A DNA stretch of 29,812 bases, taken from positions 1-29,812 of the IMG/VR virus record IMGVR_UViG_3300017771_000067, one strand, 5' to 3'. Positions 8,484-15,628 of this stretch are shown here, piece after piece. Numbering within the stretch: position 1 is the first letter of the stretch; every line of letters starts with the position of its first letter. This DNA comes from a virus (taxonomy: Duplodnaviria > Caudoviricetes). Under the pieces are notes generated by a model, which saw only the letters and a list, made by a program, of their open reading frames with translations, did no database searches and had not been told where the DNA came from. The translations under genes were made by a program, and so were the position numbers.

Positions 8484-8948
8484 TTAATAATTATTAATAG
8501 CTGTCAACGCTTCTTTGTAAGGCTGTATGTCTGCCTCAGTAACTAACCCCTTGTTCAGAAGCTTCTGCGCTTCAGTTCCGTTTATATAATGCTCATCTAC
8601 TGGTTCGCCACGTTTAATTCTTCCTGCGTTTATTTTAAATGGATCAGGAGTATATTTGTTATCGCCTGTTAAATCACGAAACTCAGGACGCCTTGTTGAT
8701 ATTTGTTTTGCTGCCCTGTGCATTTCTTTGATTGTAGGCCATGTTCTAGTTTCTAAATTTCCTAGCAGTGCCTCTTCGAAATCATTAAACCAATCTTTAT
8801 ATCCTCTTGTGGGAGCGTTCTTGATAATAACATTTGTAAGTATTTCGGCTTCTCTTTTCATACCCTCACTGTTGTTTGTAATTGCTCTAGGCGCATTTAA
8901 ACGTCCTATCATTGATAGAAACATTTCTTTTAATTCTTCATTTCTCAT
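8484..8948 (-). CDS. Hypothetical protein downstream of the initiator (possible helicase loader)
   Basis: 154 aa, overlaps the initiator stop. Position equivalent to lambda P, with a WPTI.E motif. Function inferred from synteny only. Confidence 0.5.
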   Translation of the reverse strand: MRNEELKEMFLSMIGRLNAPRAITNNSEGMKREAEILTNVIIKNAPTRGYKDWFNDFEEALLGNLETRTWPTIKEMHRAAKQISTRRPEFRDLTGDNKYTPDPFKINAGRIKRGEPVDEHYINGTEAQKLLNKGLVTEADIQPYKEALTAINNY

Positions 8949-9621
8949 TCATCATCTCCTGCAAAACTTTGTCTTGAATATTAACTGTCGCTAATTCTAT
9001 TTCATTTGTCCACCGTTCTTGTCTTAACCAAGTTCTAGCATGTGGAACAAACTTCATATCCTGATTACAAAAATCTTTAATACTATCTGCGTAGGCTTTA
9101 ATACCATCTAAGATAACATCAGCCTCAGCTTTACTTAATGCTGTGATAAAAGATTGTTTAGCTGCCATCTTATTTAACTTTCTTGGATAGTAACTCCAAA
9201 ATTCATCAAATAATTCATCTATATTATTAGGTTTATTTCCAAGGTTATTTATTACAAGGTTATTCATACGCAGATTTTGCGTATCCCCATGCGCAGATTT
9301 TGCGCCACCCATACGCAGATTTTGCGCATCGTCTGAGTTCCAAGGAGTTCCAGTAAGTTCTAATATGTAGCTATTAGTTGTTTTACCGCCTGTTTCCCTG
9401 TATTGTGCTTTTCTTTCTAATAAACCTGCTTGTTCTAAAGTAACTATATGTGTTTCTACAGATCGTCTTGACATCTCACATAAATTTGCAAGGCGATTAA
9501 TGCTTGGGAAACATTCACCTGTTTCTCCGTTATGGTGGTCTGCAATCCAATATAAAACTATTTTAGTGGCAGGCTTTAAATTAGTTTGCTTCATAGCTAA
9601 TGCTGTCATATAATGCGACAT
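8938..9621 (-). CDS. Replication initiator (N-terminal winged HTH, lambda O-like organisation)
   Basis: KIVLYWIADH...CFPSINRLA.LCEMSRRSV..H...LE..GL winged HTH; C-terminal FDEFWSYYPRK..K..A and FVPHARTWL.QERW; internal iterons. Confidence 0.88.
   Translation of the reverse strand: MSHYMTALAMKQTNLKPATKIVLYWIADHHNGETGECFPSINRLANLCEMSRRSVETHIVTLEQAGLLERKAQYRETGGKTTNSYILELTGTPWNSDDAQNLRMGGAKSAHGDTQNLRMNNLVINNLGNKPNNIDELFDEFWSYYPRKLNKMAAKQSFITALSKAEADVILDGIKAYADSIKDFCNQDMKFVPHARTWLRQERWTNEIELATVNIQDKVLQEMMNEK
9265..9326. repeat. Three 17-bp iterons CAT(A/G)CGCAGATTTTGCG: putative replication origin
   Basis: Copies at 9265-9281, 9288-9304 and 9310-9326 (period 22-23 bp), each with a quasi-palindromic CGCA-N5-TGCG core. 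Adjacent AT-rich tract with AAGGTTATT twice (9241, 9256). Confidence 0.85.
9586..9614 (+). promoter_or_regulatory. Sigma70-type antisense promoter inside the initiator 5' end
   Basis: TTGCTT (9586-9591), 17-nt spacer, TATAAT (9609-9614). Confidence 0.7.
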
Positions 9622-9700
9622 GAGGCATCCTTTCTGTTGTGGTCTTTGGTTGTTTCACTTCTCTTTAGACTGACCCTCTGCTTCGGTAGGGGGTCTTTTT
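9621..9700 (+). ncRNA. About 80-nt antisense RNA (OOP/ctRNA-like) against the initiator leader
   Basis: Bracketed by a plus-strand promoter and a plus-strand terminator while both flanking genes are on the minus strand. Complementary to the initiator RBS AGAAAGGA. Confidence 0.65.
9672..9700 (+). terminator. Intrinsic terminator, plus strand
   Basis: GACCCUCUGC-UUCG-GUAGGGGGUC-UUUUU. The C(UUCG)G loop, G-U pairs and U-tract all fit the plus strand. Confidence 0.85.
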
Positions 9701-9702
9701 AT

Positions 9703-9882
9703 TTAATCATATTTAAAGTAATCTGACAAAGCTTTTACTGTCGTATATTTAACATCATCAAATTCTCCATCTCTAATCCTATATACAGTGTGACGCGATA
9801 AGCCTGTCTTACTGCATACATCTGCAGGGCGTTCATCTTTCAATAAAGCCTGCACATCTTTTAGTGTCAGCATTGTTTCCAT
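9703..9882 (-). CDS. Cro/XRE-like HTH regulator (59 aa)
   Basis: Below the ORF-track cut-off: METMLTLKDVQALLKDERPADVCSKTGLSRHTVYRIRDGEFDDVKYTTVKALSDYFKYD. AAAGGA RBS. Confidence 0.85.
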   Translation of the reverse strand: METMLTLKDVQALLKDERPADVCSKTGLSRHTVYRIRDGEFDDVKYTTVKALSDYFKYD

Positions 9883-9913
9883 AAATTTTTTTCCTTTATT
9901 TGCGTAATTAGGG

Positions 9914-9950
9914 TTGTGTCTACGCTACATTTATGGTAGATGCAAGATAC
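9914..9950. promoter_or_regulatory. Overlapping divergent promoters (cro leftward, early operon 1 rightward)
   Basis: Plus: TTGTGT-17-TAGATG with TG extension. Minus: TTGCAT-17-TAGACA. ATGTATC and ATGTAGCG half-sites on the minus strand. Confidence 0.55.
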
Positions 9951-9973
9951 ATTTTGGAAAAAAGGATAAAAAA

Positions 9974-10204
9974 ATGTCAGAACAGAAAAGACCACCGCAG
10001 GTTACGCTTAAACTTTTTATAGCAACTGCAATTAATGATTACACAATGAAAGCACTAGACACTGGTGCGCCTATGTTTCCTGCTGAAGCACACAAAATAT
10101 TAGATGACGCAATCGACAGTGCTTTTGAAGCATACGAAAAGCATGGATCTTTTGCAGGTCTTAAAGCACCATACGGATTATTTAAGGAGAAGGAAGATGC
10201 CTAA
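9974..10204 (+). CDS. Hypothetical early protein
   Basis: ATG at 9974 after a GGAAAAAAGGA leader; 76 aa. Confidence 0.75.
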   Translation: MSEQKRPPQVTLKLFIATAINDYTMKALDTGAPMFPAEAHKILDDAIDSAFEAYEKHGSFAGLKAPYGLFKEKEDA

Positions 10205-10781
10205 AGCACTACCAAAAAAATTATTAGAAACACTAAAGACAATAGACATGACGCAAGAAGAAGCCACATGGGATGTTCACGGCACACCTGTTCTATTACA
10301 TAAAGCTTGTGAAAGAATTGCTGCCGTAAATAATATTGTATTTGATGCGCCAGTTATGATCGAAAGTGACGCAGGTAAAAAACACGCGATTATGTGTGTT
10401 ACTGGTCATATGGGTGACAACACTGAATGGTCTATTGGCGAAGCTACACCTTACAACAACAAAAACAACTACCCATTTGCTATGGCAGAGAAACGTGCCA
10501 AAGACAGGGTAATATTAAAACTAATAGGATTGCATGGTCACGTTTACAGTCAAGCAGAAGCAGATGAATTAGAAGAAGCTATGCCAAAAAAAATAATGAA
10601 CCTAGACACAGAAGCTAGGGTAGATGCTGCTATTACATTTTATGAAGATTGCAACACAGACAAATTTATAGCTAATGAAAAGCGGTATAAAAATTTATTA
10701 AACAGCGCAGATATAACAGAACCGCAATACAATGCTGTTGTAGAAGCGCACAACAAAAGAAAAGTGGAGTTAACAATATGA
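10197..10781 (+). CDS. Putative single-strand annealing recombinase (Rad52/Sak-like)
   Basis: Start at 10197 (GGAGAAGG RBS). Motif SIGEA...N...YPFAMAEKRAKDRVILK.IG. Immediately upstream of ssb. Confidence 0.5.
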   Translation: MPKALPKKLLETLKTIDMTQEEATWDVHGTPVLLHKACERIAAVNNIVFDAPVMIESDAGKKHAIMCVTGHMGDNTEWSIGEATPYNNKNNYPFAMAEKRAKDRVILKLIGLHGHVYSQAEADELEEAMPKKIMNLDTEARVDAAITFYEDCNTDKFIANEKRYKNLLNSADITEPQYNAVVEAHNKRKVELTI

Positions 10782-11161
10782 AAGTTATTACAATATTCGG
10801 GCGTCTTACCAAAAACGGTGAGGTTCGTCAGACGGACACAGGGAAGTTTGTTACCTTTTCTGTGGCGGTTAACGAAGGTTACAAAGAAAATCAAACAGCA
10901 ATCTTCTTCGATGTAGCCTATAATCGTGAAGGCATTGCGCCATACTTAACAAAAGGTAAGCAGGTCACAGTGCATGGTGATTTCAAAACCAGTGTATATA
11001 ACGACAAGACCTACCTAAAGATACAAGCTTACAAAGTAGAGTTAGGATCTACGATAGAGGGCGCACCTAAAAATGTTGCTGAAGTATCTGACCAAAACAA
11101 CAGAATGGCAGAGGGCCAAAAAGTTGAGGCACAAGATTTCGATGACGAAATACCATTCTAA
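10778..11161 (+). CDS. ssb: Single-stranded DNA-binding protein
   Basis: GRLTK..EVR, FSVAVN, YLTKGKQVTVHG, and an acidic tail DFDDEIPF. Confidence 0.95.
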   Translation: MKVITIFGRLTKNGEVRQTDTGKFVTFSVAVNEGYKENQTAIFFDVAYNREGIAPYLTKGKQVTVHGDFKTSVYNDKTYLKIQAYKVELGSTIEGAPKNVAEVSDQNNRMAEGQKVEAQDFDDEIPF

Positions 11162-11552
11162 AATTCAAGTCTACATCAGGGATGGGCAACTACTGCCTGT
11201 CTCTGAGCATGACAGTCAACAGCTACAGGAAGCAAAGCAGGGGCAAACTTACAACCTGCAAGCCACAGGAAAACGGTCAAACCCACATCACAGCTTGTAT
11301 TGGGTGACATTGAGTAACGTGGTAAAAGCTACAGGGCGTTGGCCTACCGCAGAACATTTGCACAATGAATTAAAGTGGGCATGTGGTTACGTTAAGATGC
11401 GTTGGAATAATTTAGCAAGCGCACACATGAGAATGATCGACAGCATCAACTTTGATGAAATGGATCAAAAAGAATTTAACCAATATTTTGAAATGTCGAT
11501 GGCAAAACTATCTGAGGCTGTAGGTTATGACGTACTATCGCCCAACGTATGA
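11142..11552 (+). CDS. DUF1367-like phage recombination-region protein
   Basis: R..PHH.LYW...LK...GY...SINF.EMDQ.EF..YF pattern. Likely start at 11142. Confidence 0.7.
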   Translation: MTKYHSKIQVYIRDGQLLPVSEHDSQQLQEAKQGQTYNLQATGKRSNPHHSLYWVTLSNVVKATGRWPTAEHLHNELKWACGYVKMRWNNLASAHMRMIDSINFDEMDQKEFNQYFEMSMAKLSEAVGYDVLSPNV

Positions 11553-11949
11553 AACTAACAAACATCTAATTAAAGAAGAAGAGCTTGCACAATACGCTGC
11601 GTTCAAATGGAACTGCGAAATGCGCAAACAAGACAAGTATAATCAATTTGATTATGTTGCCTTAAATAAAGGCAGTGTCAGAGCGTTTGTTGAGCTACGG
11701 TGCAGAAACAATAATTATGCACAGTATCCAACGTGTTTTATTACGGCTAATAAACTGTCAGGCGCACACGCTATGCACCAAGCCACAGGACTAAAAATAT
11801 TATTTCTTGTAGGGTGGAAAGATAAAACAGGTGTTGCTAATCTAGTAAAACAATATCCTATATCAATAGGCGGCAGAACTGACAGAGGTGACAAAGCAGA
11901 CATGGAAGCAGTAGCAGAGATACCAATATCGGAGTTTACAATAATATGA
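11527..11949 (+). CDS. PD-(D/E)xK-like nuclease-fold protein
   Basis: E...FDY...AFVELRCR; the canonical ExK appears as ExR. Confidence 0.55.
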   Translation: MTYYRPTYETNKHLIKEEELAQYAAFKWNCEMRKQDKYNQFDYVALNKGSVRAFVELRCRNNNYAQYPTCFITANKLSGAHAMHQATGLKILFLVGWKDKTGVANLVKQYPISIGGRTDRGDKADMEAVAEIPISEFTII

Positions 11950-12197
11950 CCCAATATACCGAAGAGCAAATAATGATAAGAGCAATGCCTTGCCCGAAGT
12001 GTTTTGCACAACCAAGGGAATTATGTAATAGAAAGCCACAAGAGAATGGTATCGTCAGAAACCATCGTGAGCGCATGGAATTATTCCATGAACATGTTTC
12101 CCAAGTAGGGGTAGGTCTAATGTGGTTTGAAACTCACCATGTAGCAACAACACAGGAAGCTTTTAATCAGATGCAAAGTTATGACGAACCTAGCTAA
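11946..12197 (+). CDS. Small Zn-finger protein
   Basis: CPKC-A-P---C...H.ER motif; ATGA coupling. Confidence 0.7.
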   Translation: MTQYTEEQIMIRAMPCPKCFAQPRELCNRKPQENGIVRNHRERMELFHEHVSQVGVGLMWFETHHVATTQEAFNQMQSYDEPS

Positions 12198-12513
12198 CAA
12201 ACCACCGCTAGGTTTGAAAACTAAAACAAAGAAAAAAGACGCAAAGCATTTAGACAAAATAAGATCCATGCCTTGCTGTGTCTGTCAGAAGTTTGGGCAG
12301 GTGCAGCTTAGTCCGACAACAGCGCACCACGTTATCCATGACAGGTATGGCACAACAAAATCTAGTGACCTGCAGGCCATACCCTTATGTGATGGACATC
12401 ACCAAGCATTGTGGGATAAATCGAAAGATTGTGCAATACATGACAACAAAAGAAAATGGCGTGAACTTTATGGTGCTGATTGGAGTTATTCAGTCCAAGA
12501 TACGGAGATATAA
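12181..12513 (+). CDS. HNH-like Zn-binding nuclease (Ref/DUF968-like)
   Basis: L..IR.MPC.VC...AHH...AIPLC..HH...IH motif. Confidence 0.75.
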   Translation: MTNLANKPPLGLKTKTKKKDAKHLDKIRSMPCCVCQKFGQVQLSPTTAHHVIHDRYGTTKSSDLQAIPLCDGHHQALWDKSKDCAIHDNKRKWRELYGADWSYSVQDTEI

Positions 12514-12932
12514 AGCACTGGCCCTTTTTCTGGATGGCAAAAAACTTTTTGCGCTTCGATACTTGTAACCTGTTTATCATCCAAAATAATACCATCCATT
12601 CCGCTTATACCGTCTTTGGCTATTTTTACAATGTTATCAAGATCAGGTTTAGCAATAGGTTTTAAAACGCCATACTCTGCTTCTAATCTTTTTACTTTGG
12701 GCCATGATTTAGGTATGTCCATAAATGCTACAACTTTTACATGACAAAACCTACCTGTTGGTTTGAGTTTCATTTCCTGCATTTTAGACCAAGCTGCAGC
12801 CTGTATGCGTTTTTCATATTCTCTAGTTTTAGTCGGAGTATATGCGTGACCTGCCTTAGTAAACCTTGGCCTGCCCTTGCCTATTGGCTGTCCAGAAACT
12901 TCTATTTCTACTTGGTTTAAGGTTACGATCAT
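12486..12932 (-). CDS. rusA: RusA-family Holliday junction resolvase
   Basis: G.P.GKGRPRF, YTP.KTREYE, KPDLDN..K...D, DD.QV motifs. Confidence 0.92.
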   Translation of the reverse strand: MIVTLNQVEIEVSGQPIGKGRPRFTKAGHAYTPTKTREYEKRIQAAAWSKMQEMKLKPTGRFCHVKVVAFMDIPKSWPKVKRLEAEYGVLKPIAKPDLDNIVKIAKDGISGMDGIILDDKQVTSIEAQKVFCHPEKGPVLYISVSWTE

Positions 12933-12972
12933 AAAGCTTTGTAACTTTTTTTAAAAATAATGCAAATAATGC

Positions 12973-13001
12973 TTGTGCATATGTATCGTACATGATACAA
13001 C
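12973..13001 (+). promoter_or_regulatory. Early promoter 2 with GTATC-N6-GATAC palindrome
   Basis: TTGTGC-17-TACAAC with TG extension; AT-rich upstream tract; palindrome at 12983-12998. Confidence 0.65.
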
Positions 13002-13027
13002 CTAAGTATAGGAAAAGGAGAAGTGTA

Positions 13028-13303
13028 ATGGACGATTTTTATAAAAATATGAATAATGTAGTAGTCACTCACAATGGCTCACCCATTTCGATTGCGCACC
13101 ACAGGAATGACAATGGACGCGATCAAACAGAAATCGCCTTGATCAACGAAGAGGATACTACTGGCGGTATGCCGATTTATTTCTACGGATCTACCCTTGA
13201 TAGTTTGATCGAACAATTAACCACAATTCGCAATGATTTAGATAGCGGCAAATATGACCAAGGACAAATCCTTGGCTTACCAGAAGAAGAAGGAGAAGTG
13301 TAA
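13028..13303 (+). CDS. Hypothetical acidic early protein
   Basis: ATG at 13028 after a GGAAAAGGAG leader; 91 aa. Confidence 0.75.
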   Translation: MDDFYKNMNNVVVTHNGSPISIAHHRNDNGRDQTEIALINEEDTTGGMPIYFYGSTLDSLIEQLTTIRNDLDSGKYDQGQILGLPEEEGEV

Positions 13304-13680
13304 TGAGACTATATACTAATAACAAAGGCGAATGGACAGGCACACAAGCCGATGCCAAAAAAGCTTGGGGCAAAGACACGGCGCTTGTAGAAGTGCCAGT
13401 TAGCAAAGAAGCCCTGATGAAATGGCTTAACAAGTGTCGGGTTGTTTCTCAGTCACATGCTGAGATAGCACAACAATTCAATACGCCCACACCTGATGAT
13501 GATGCGCGATTGTATATAACGCCTAAAGGCCGCGCAGCATTGTCAAGAAGCGCAACAAGCATTGATGAATTAAATCGACATGATGTTCACGATGTTGTTG
13601 CAAATTGTGACCGCAAGCATTTAGGTTCTGCCCTTAGTGCAATTATCAACCGACTACATGATGAAGTGGATGAAGTATAA
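13303..13680 (+). CDS. Hypothetical early protein
   Basis: 125 aa, TAATG coupling, AGGAG RBS; G.W.GTQADAK...VEVP..K..L..WLN. Confidence 0.8.
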   Translation: MRLYTNNKGEWTGTQADAKKAWGKDTALVEVPVSKEALMKWLNKCRVVSQSHAEIAQQFNTPTPDDDARLYITPKGRAALSRSATSIDELNRHDVHDVVANCDRKHLGSALSAIINRLHDEVDEV

Positions 13681-13865
13681 TGCTGATAGTTAAAGCAGAA
13701 GATTTAGACCCGATCTTAAATTGGCTTCGAACATGCCCATGCTCATACAGCGTAAGTTCGATGCAGGGCGGTAACGTCCATGTTAAGTTCATACTCAATG
13801 TTGTGAACATCGAAGAGAAGAAGAAACAATTTTCTTTGAGTGATGAAGCAGAAGGTGGGGCATAA
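13680..13865 (+). CDS. Hypothetical protein
   Basis: 61 aa, TAATG coupling. Confidence 0.7.
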   Translation: MLIVKAEDLDPILNWLRTCPCSYSVSSMQGGNVHVKFILNVVNIEEKKKQFSLSDEAEGGA

Positions 13866-13874
13866 GCCCCCCTC
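13851..13874 (+). terminator. GC-rich hairpin at the end of operon 2 (possible terminator)
   Basis: GGGGC-ATAA-GCCCC spanning the stop codon; no clear U-tract. Confidence 0.35.
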
Positions 13875-13905
13875 ATAAAAAATTTAATTATTTTATCTAC
13901 AAGTG

Positions 13906-13936
13906 TTGACAATATTTAATGTATCGCGTAAGATAC
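13906..13936 (+). promoter_or_regulatory. Strong sigma70 early promoter 3 with GTATC-N6-GATAC palindrome
   Basis: TTGACA (13906)-17-TAAGAT (13929); palindrome at 13921-13936 overlaps the -10; AT-rich UP-like tract. Confidence 0.85.
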
Positions 13937-13961
13937 TTATTATAGGAAAAAGGAAAAGCAA

Positions 13962-14441
13962 ATGACTGGTACAAATTACGCATACATCGAAGAAAGATCA
14001 GCATGGTTGTCAACAGAGTTTGGCGAAAAGTTAGCTAGAAAATACTTTGGCGGTCACGTTGATGATTTACCACGTTATGTGCGCGGCAAGCGTAAAGGAC
14101 AACTTAAAGGTCAGTTTAACTGGATGAAGGTAGAAAGAGGTGGTTGGGTTCATGGATTTCATTCACCTGTTTTCGGTCATATTAAAGGCAAAGGCGTTGA
14201 GAACAGAAAAGGTAAAATTATCCGCGCCATGTTAACCATACCTGTATGGGGCGGTCAGGACGAAGTGATTGCTCTTTATGTAAGAGATGGTTCTGAACTT
14301 GACGGTTTAAACCGATATCACCTCAAAGAAAGAGGGGTAAAACTTTTTGAAGCTAATGACGCTGACCCTTATTACGGTATTTCACTAATGGATCAAGAAC
14401 AGCCAGTAAAAGATCCACAATCAAAACTAGACATAAACTAA
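13962..14441 (+). CDS. Hypothetical early protein
   Basis: 159 aa; GGAAAAAGGAAAA leader. Confidence 0.8.
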   Translation: MTGTNYAYIEERSAWLSTEFGEKLARKYFGGHVDDLPRYVRGKRKGQLKGQFNWMKVERGGWVHGFHSPVFGHIKGKGVENRKGKIIRAMLTIPVWGGQDEVIALYVRDGSELDGLNRYHLKERGVKLFEANDADPYYGISLMDQEQPVKDPQSKLDIN

Positions 14442-14456
14442 AGCAGGAGAGAAAGC

Positions 14457-14726
14457 ATGACACAATTTAACACAGACATAACATTAGACATCAGAGGCCA
14501 TGAGTTTAAAATAGAAATTTATGGTGACGTAGACAGAGATGGTTGCGCAGAAAACATAGAAATGTTTTGGCAAAACTTTGTAACCAAACAACAAAAAGAT
14601 TTACCAAAGCGTGTTCGCACATACATCGAAAAGCAGTACGCTTACGAAATTGACGATGCAATTAGTTTAGCATCAATAGAGGATGGTGACTTCGAATATG
14701 ATTGTTGGAAGGAGCGTTACACATGA
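14457..14726 (+). CDS. Hypothetical acidic protein
   Basis: 89 aa; AAAGCAGGAG RBS. Confidence 0.8.
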   Translation: MTQFNTDITLDIRGHEFKIEIYGDVDRDGCAENIEMFWQNFVTKQQKDLPKRVRTYIEKQYAYEIDDAISLASIEDGDFEYDCWKERYT

Positions 14727-14857
14727 ACCCTGATGATAGAGAAGAAAATTATAATGAAGATTGTGATTGCTACGGCTGCGCCACTATGCGTCACGAATGT
14801 TGGTATGATTATATAGAGAGAAGAAAGAAAGAGAAGGAACAAAATGAAAGACTATGA
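14723..14857 (+). CDS. 44-aa Cys-rich microprotein (CxCxxC-x6-C)
   Basis: Not in the ORF track. ATGA coupling, AAGGAG RBS. MNPDDREENYNEDCDCYGCATMRHECWYDYIERRKKEKEQNERL. Confidence 0.7.
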   Translation: MNPDDREENYNEDCDCYGCATMRHECWYDYIERRKKEKEQNERL

Positions 14858-15029
14858 ATTTACATTTGATAGTGAATATGGCGTTTACTTTGGAATGATT
14901 GAAGCGCCAGATGAAAAAACATTTCTGGAAGAAATTAGAAAGCAATACCCACACGATAAAGGTGCGGATGGTTACTTTGACTGTCCTGACACTGGGGAAG
15001 AAAAACCGATAAAGTGGGGTGATTTGTAG
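14844..15029 (+). CDS. Hypothetical acidic protein
   Basis: 61 aa; AAGGA RBS. Confidence 0.75.
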   Translation: MKDYEFTFDSEYGVYFGMIEAPDEKTFLEEIRKQYPHDKGADGYFDCPDTGEEKPIKWGDL

Positions 15030-15235
15030 TGGATTACTGGACGCTTCTCACGCTAGGCTATCAGGTACTTGAACACACTATGTACGTCAGTATTTGGTTT
15101 TCTAGTGAAGAAGATTGTTGGAGCGTACTTTTAAATAACGGTACGCTTTACGATCAGATAAATGCACAAGAAGGTTATTGTGATGTAAGTGACGTAACCT
15201 CTAAGCTAGTTAAACCTAAACTAAGACCTTGGTGA
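15029..15235 (+). CDS. Hypothetical protein
   Basis: 68 aa; GTG start coupled as TAGTG; F.S.EDC...C...VKPKLRP. Confidence 0.7.
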   Translation: MDYWTLLTLGYQVLEHTMYVSIWFSSEEDCWSVLLNNGTLYDQINAQEGYCDVSDVTSKLVKPKLRPW

Positions 15236-15239
15236 TGAC

Positions 15240-15431
15240 ATGACATACAGGCACAATCTTCACCCTGCGGATGCAAGCTTACTGAGGCATTTACGGCAGT
15301 TAGTGGATAGGCTTCAAGATGAACAGCATAGATTAGACGCCCATCCAAACGTAAAACAAGATTTGTTTAGAGCAAGAGAAGAATTAAAAGAATTTACATC
15401 TAAACTACGACAAAGAGGAGTAAATATATAG
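15240..15431 (+). CDS. Hypothetical helical protein
   Basis: 63-aa ORF within the operon. Confidence 0.7.
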   Translation: MTYRHNLHPADASLLRHLRQLVDRLQDEQHRLDAHPNVKQDLFRAREELKEFTSKLRQRGVNI

Positions 15432-15622
15432 TGGAACAATGGAACGAAATGCTGCAACGGCATAAAAGAGAACGTGTAGAAGCACTGCAATCACTGTCAG
15501 AAAGCGGATACACACAGACACAAGCAGCTAAAATACTTGGCTGCAAGCTGTCAAAACTTAATACTTACGTTAAACGTTATGATATTGATTGGAAAGTAAT
15601 AAGACAGGGTGTTCGATCATAA
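15431..15622 (+). CDS. Small HTH DNA-binding protein
   Basis: GYTQTQAAKILGCKLSKLNTYVKRY HTH; GAGGAG RBS with GTG start. Confidence 0.75.
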   Translation: MEQWNEMLQRHKRERVEALQSLSESGYTQTQAAKILGCKLSKLNTYVKRYDIDWKVIRQGVRS

Positions 15623-15628
15623 GATGGT

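Noticed and set aside
8486-8507. Minus-strand TTGACA at 8507-8502 as the -35 of the sRNA promoter
   Set aside because: It is 25 nt from TACAAT, and there is no good -10 at 17-nt spacing.
9265-9326. Repeats as a mini-CRISPR array
   Set aside because: Spacers are only 5-6 nt, the repeats are inside the initiator gene, and no cas genes are present; iterons fit better.
9914-13027. Longer ORF-track starts at 9914, 10104, 11073 and 12992
   Set aside because: They overlap promoters or upstream genes; downstream ATGs have better RBS or coupling.
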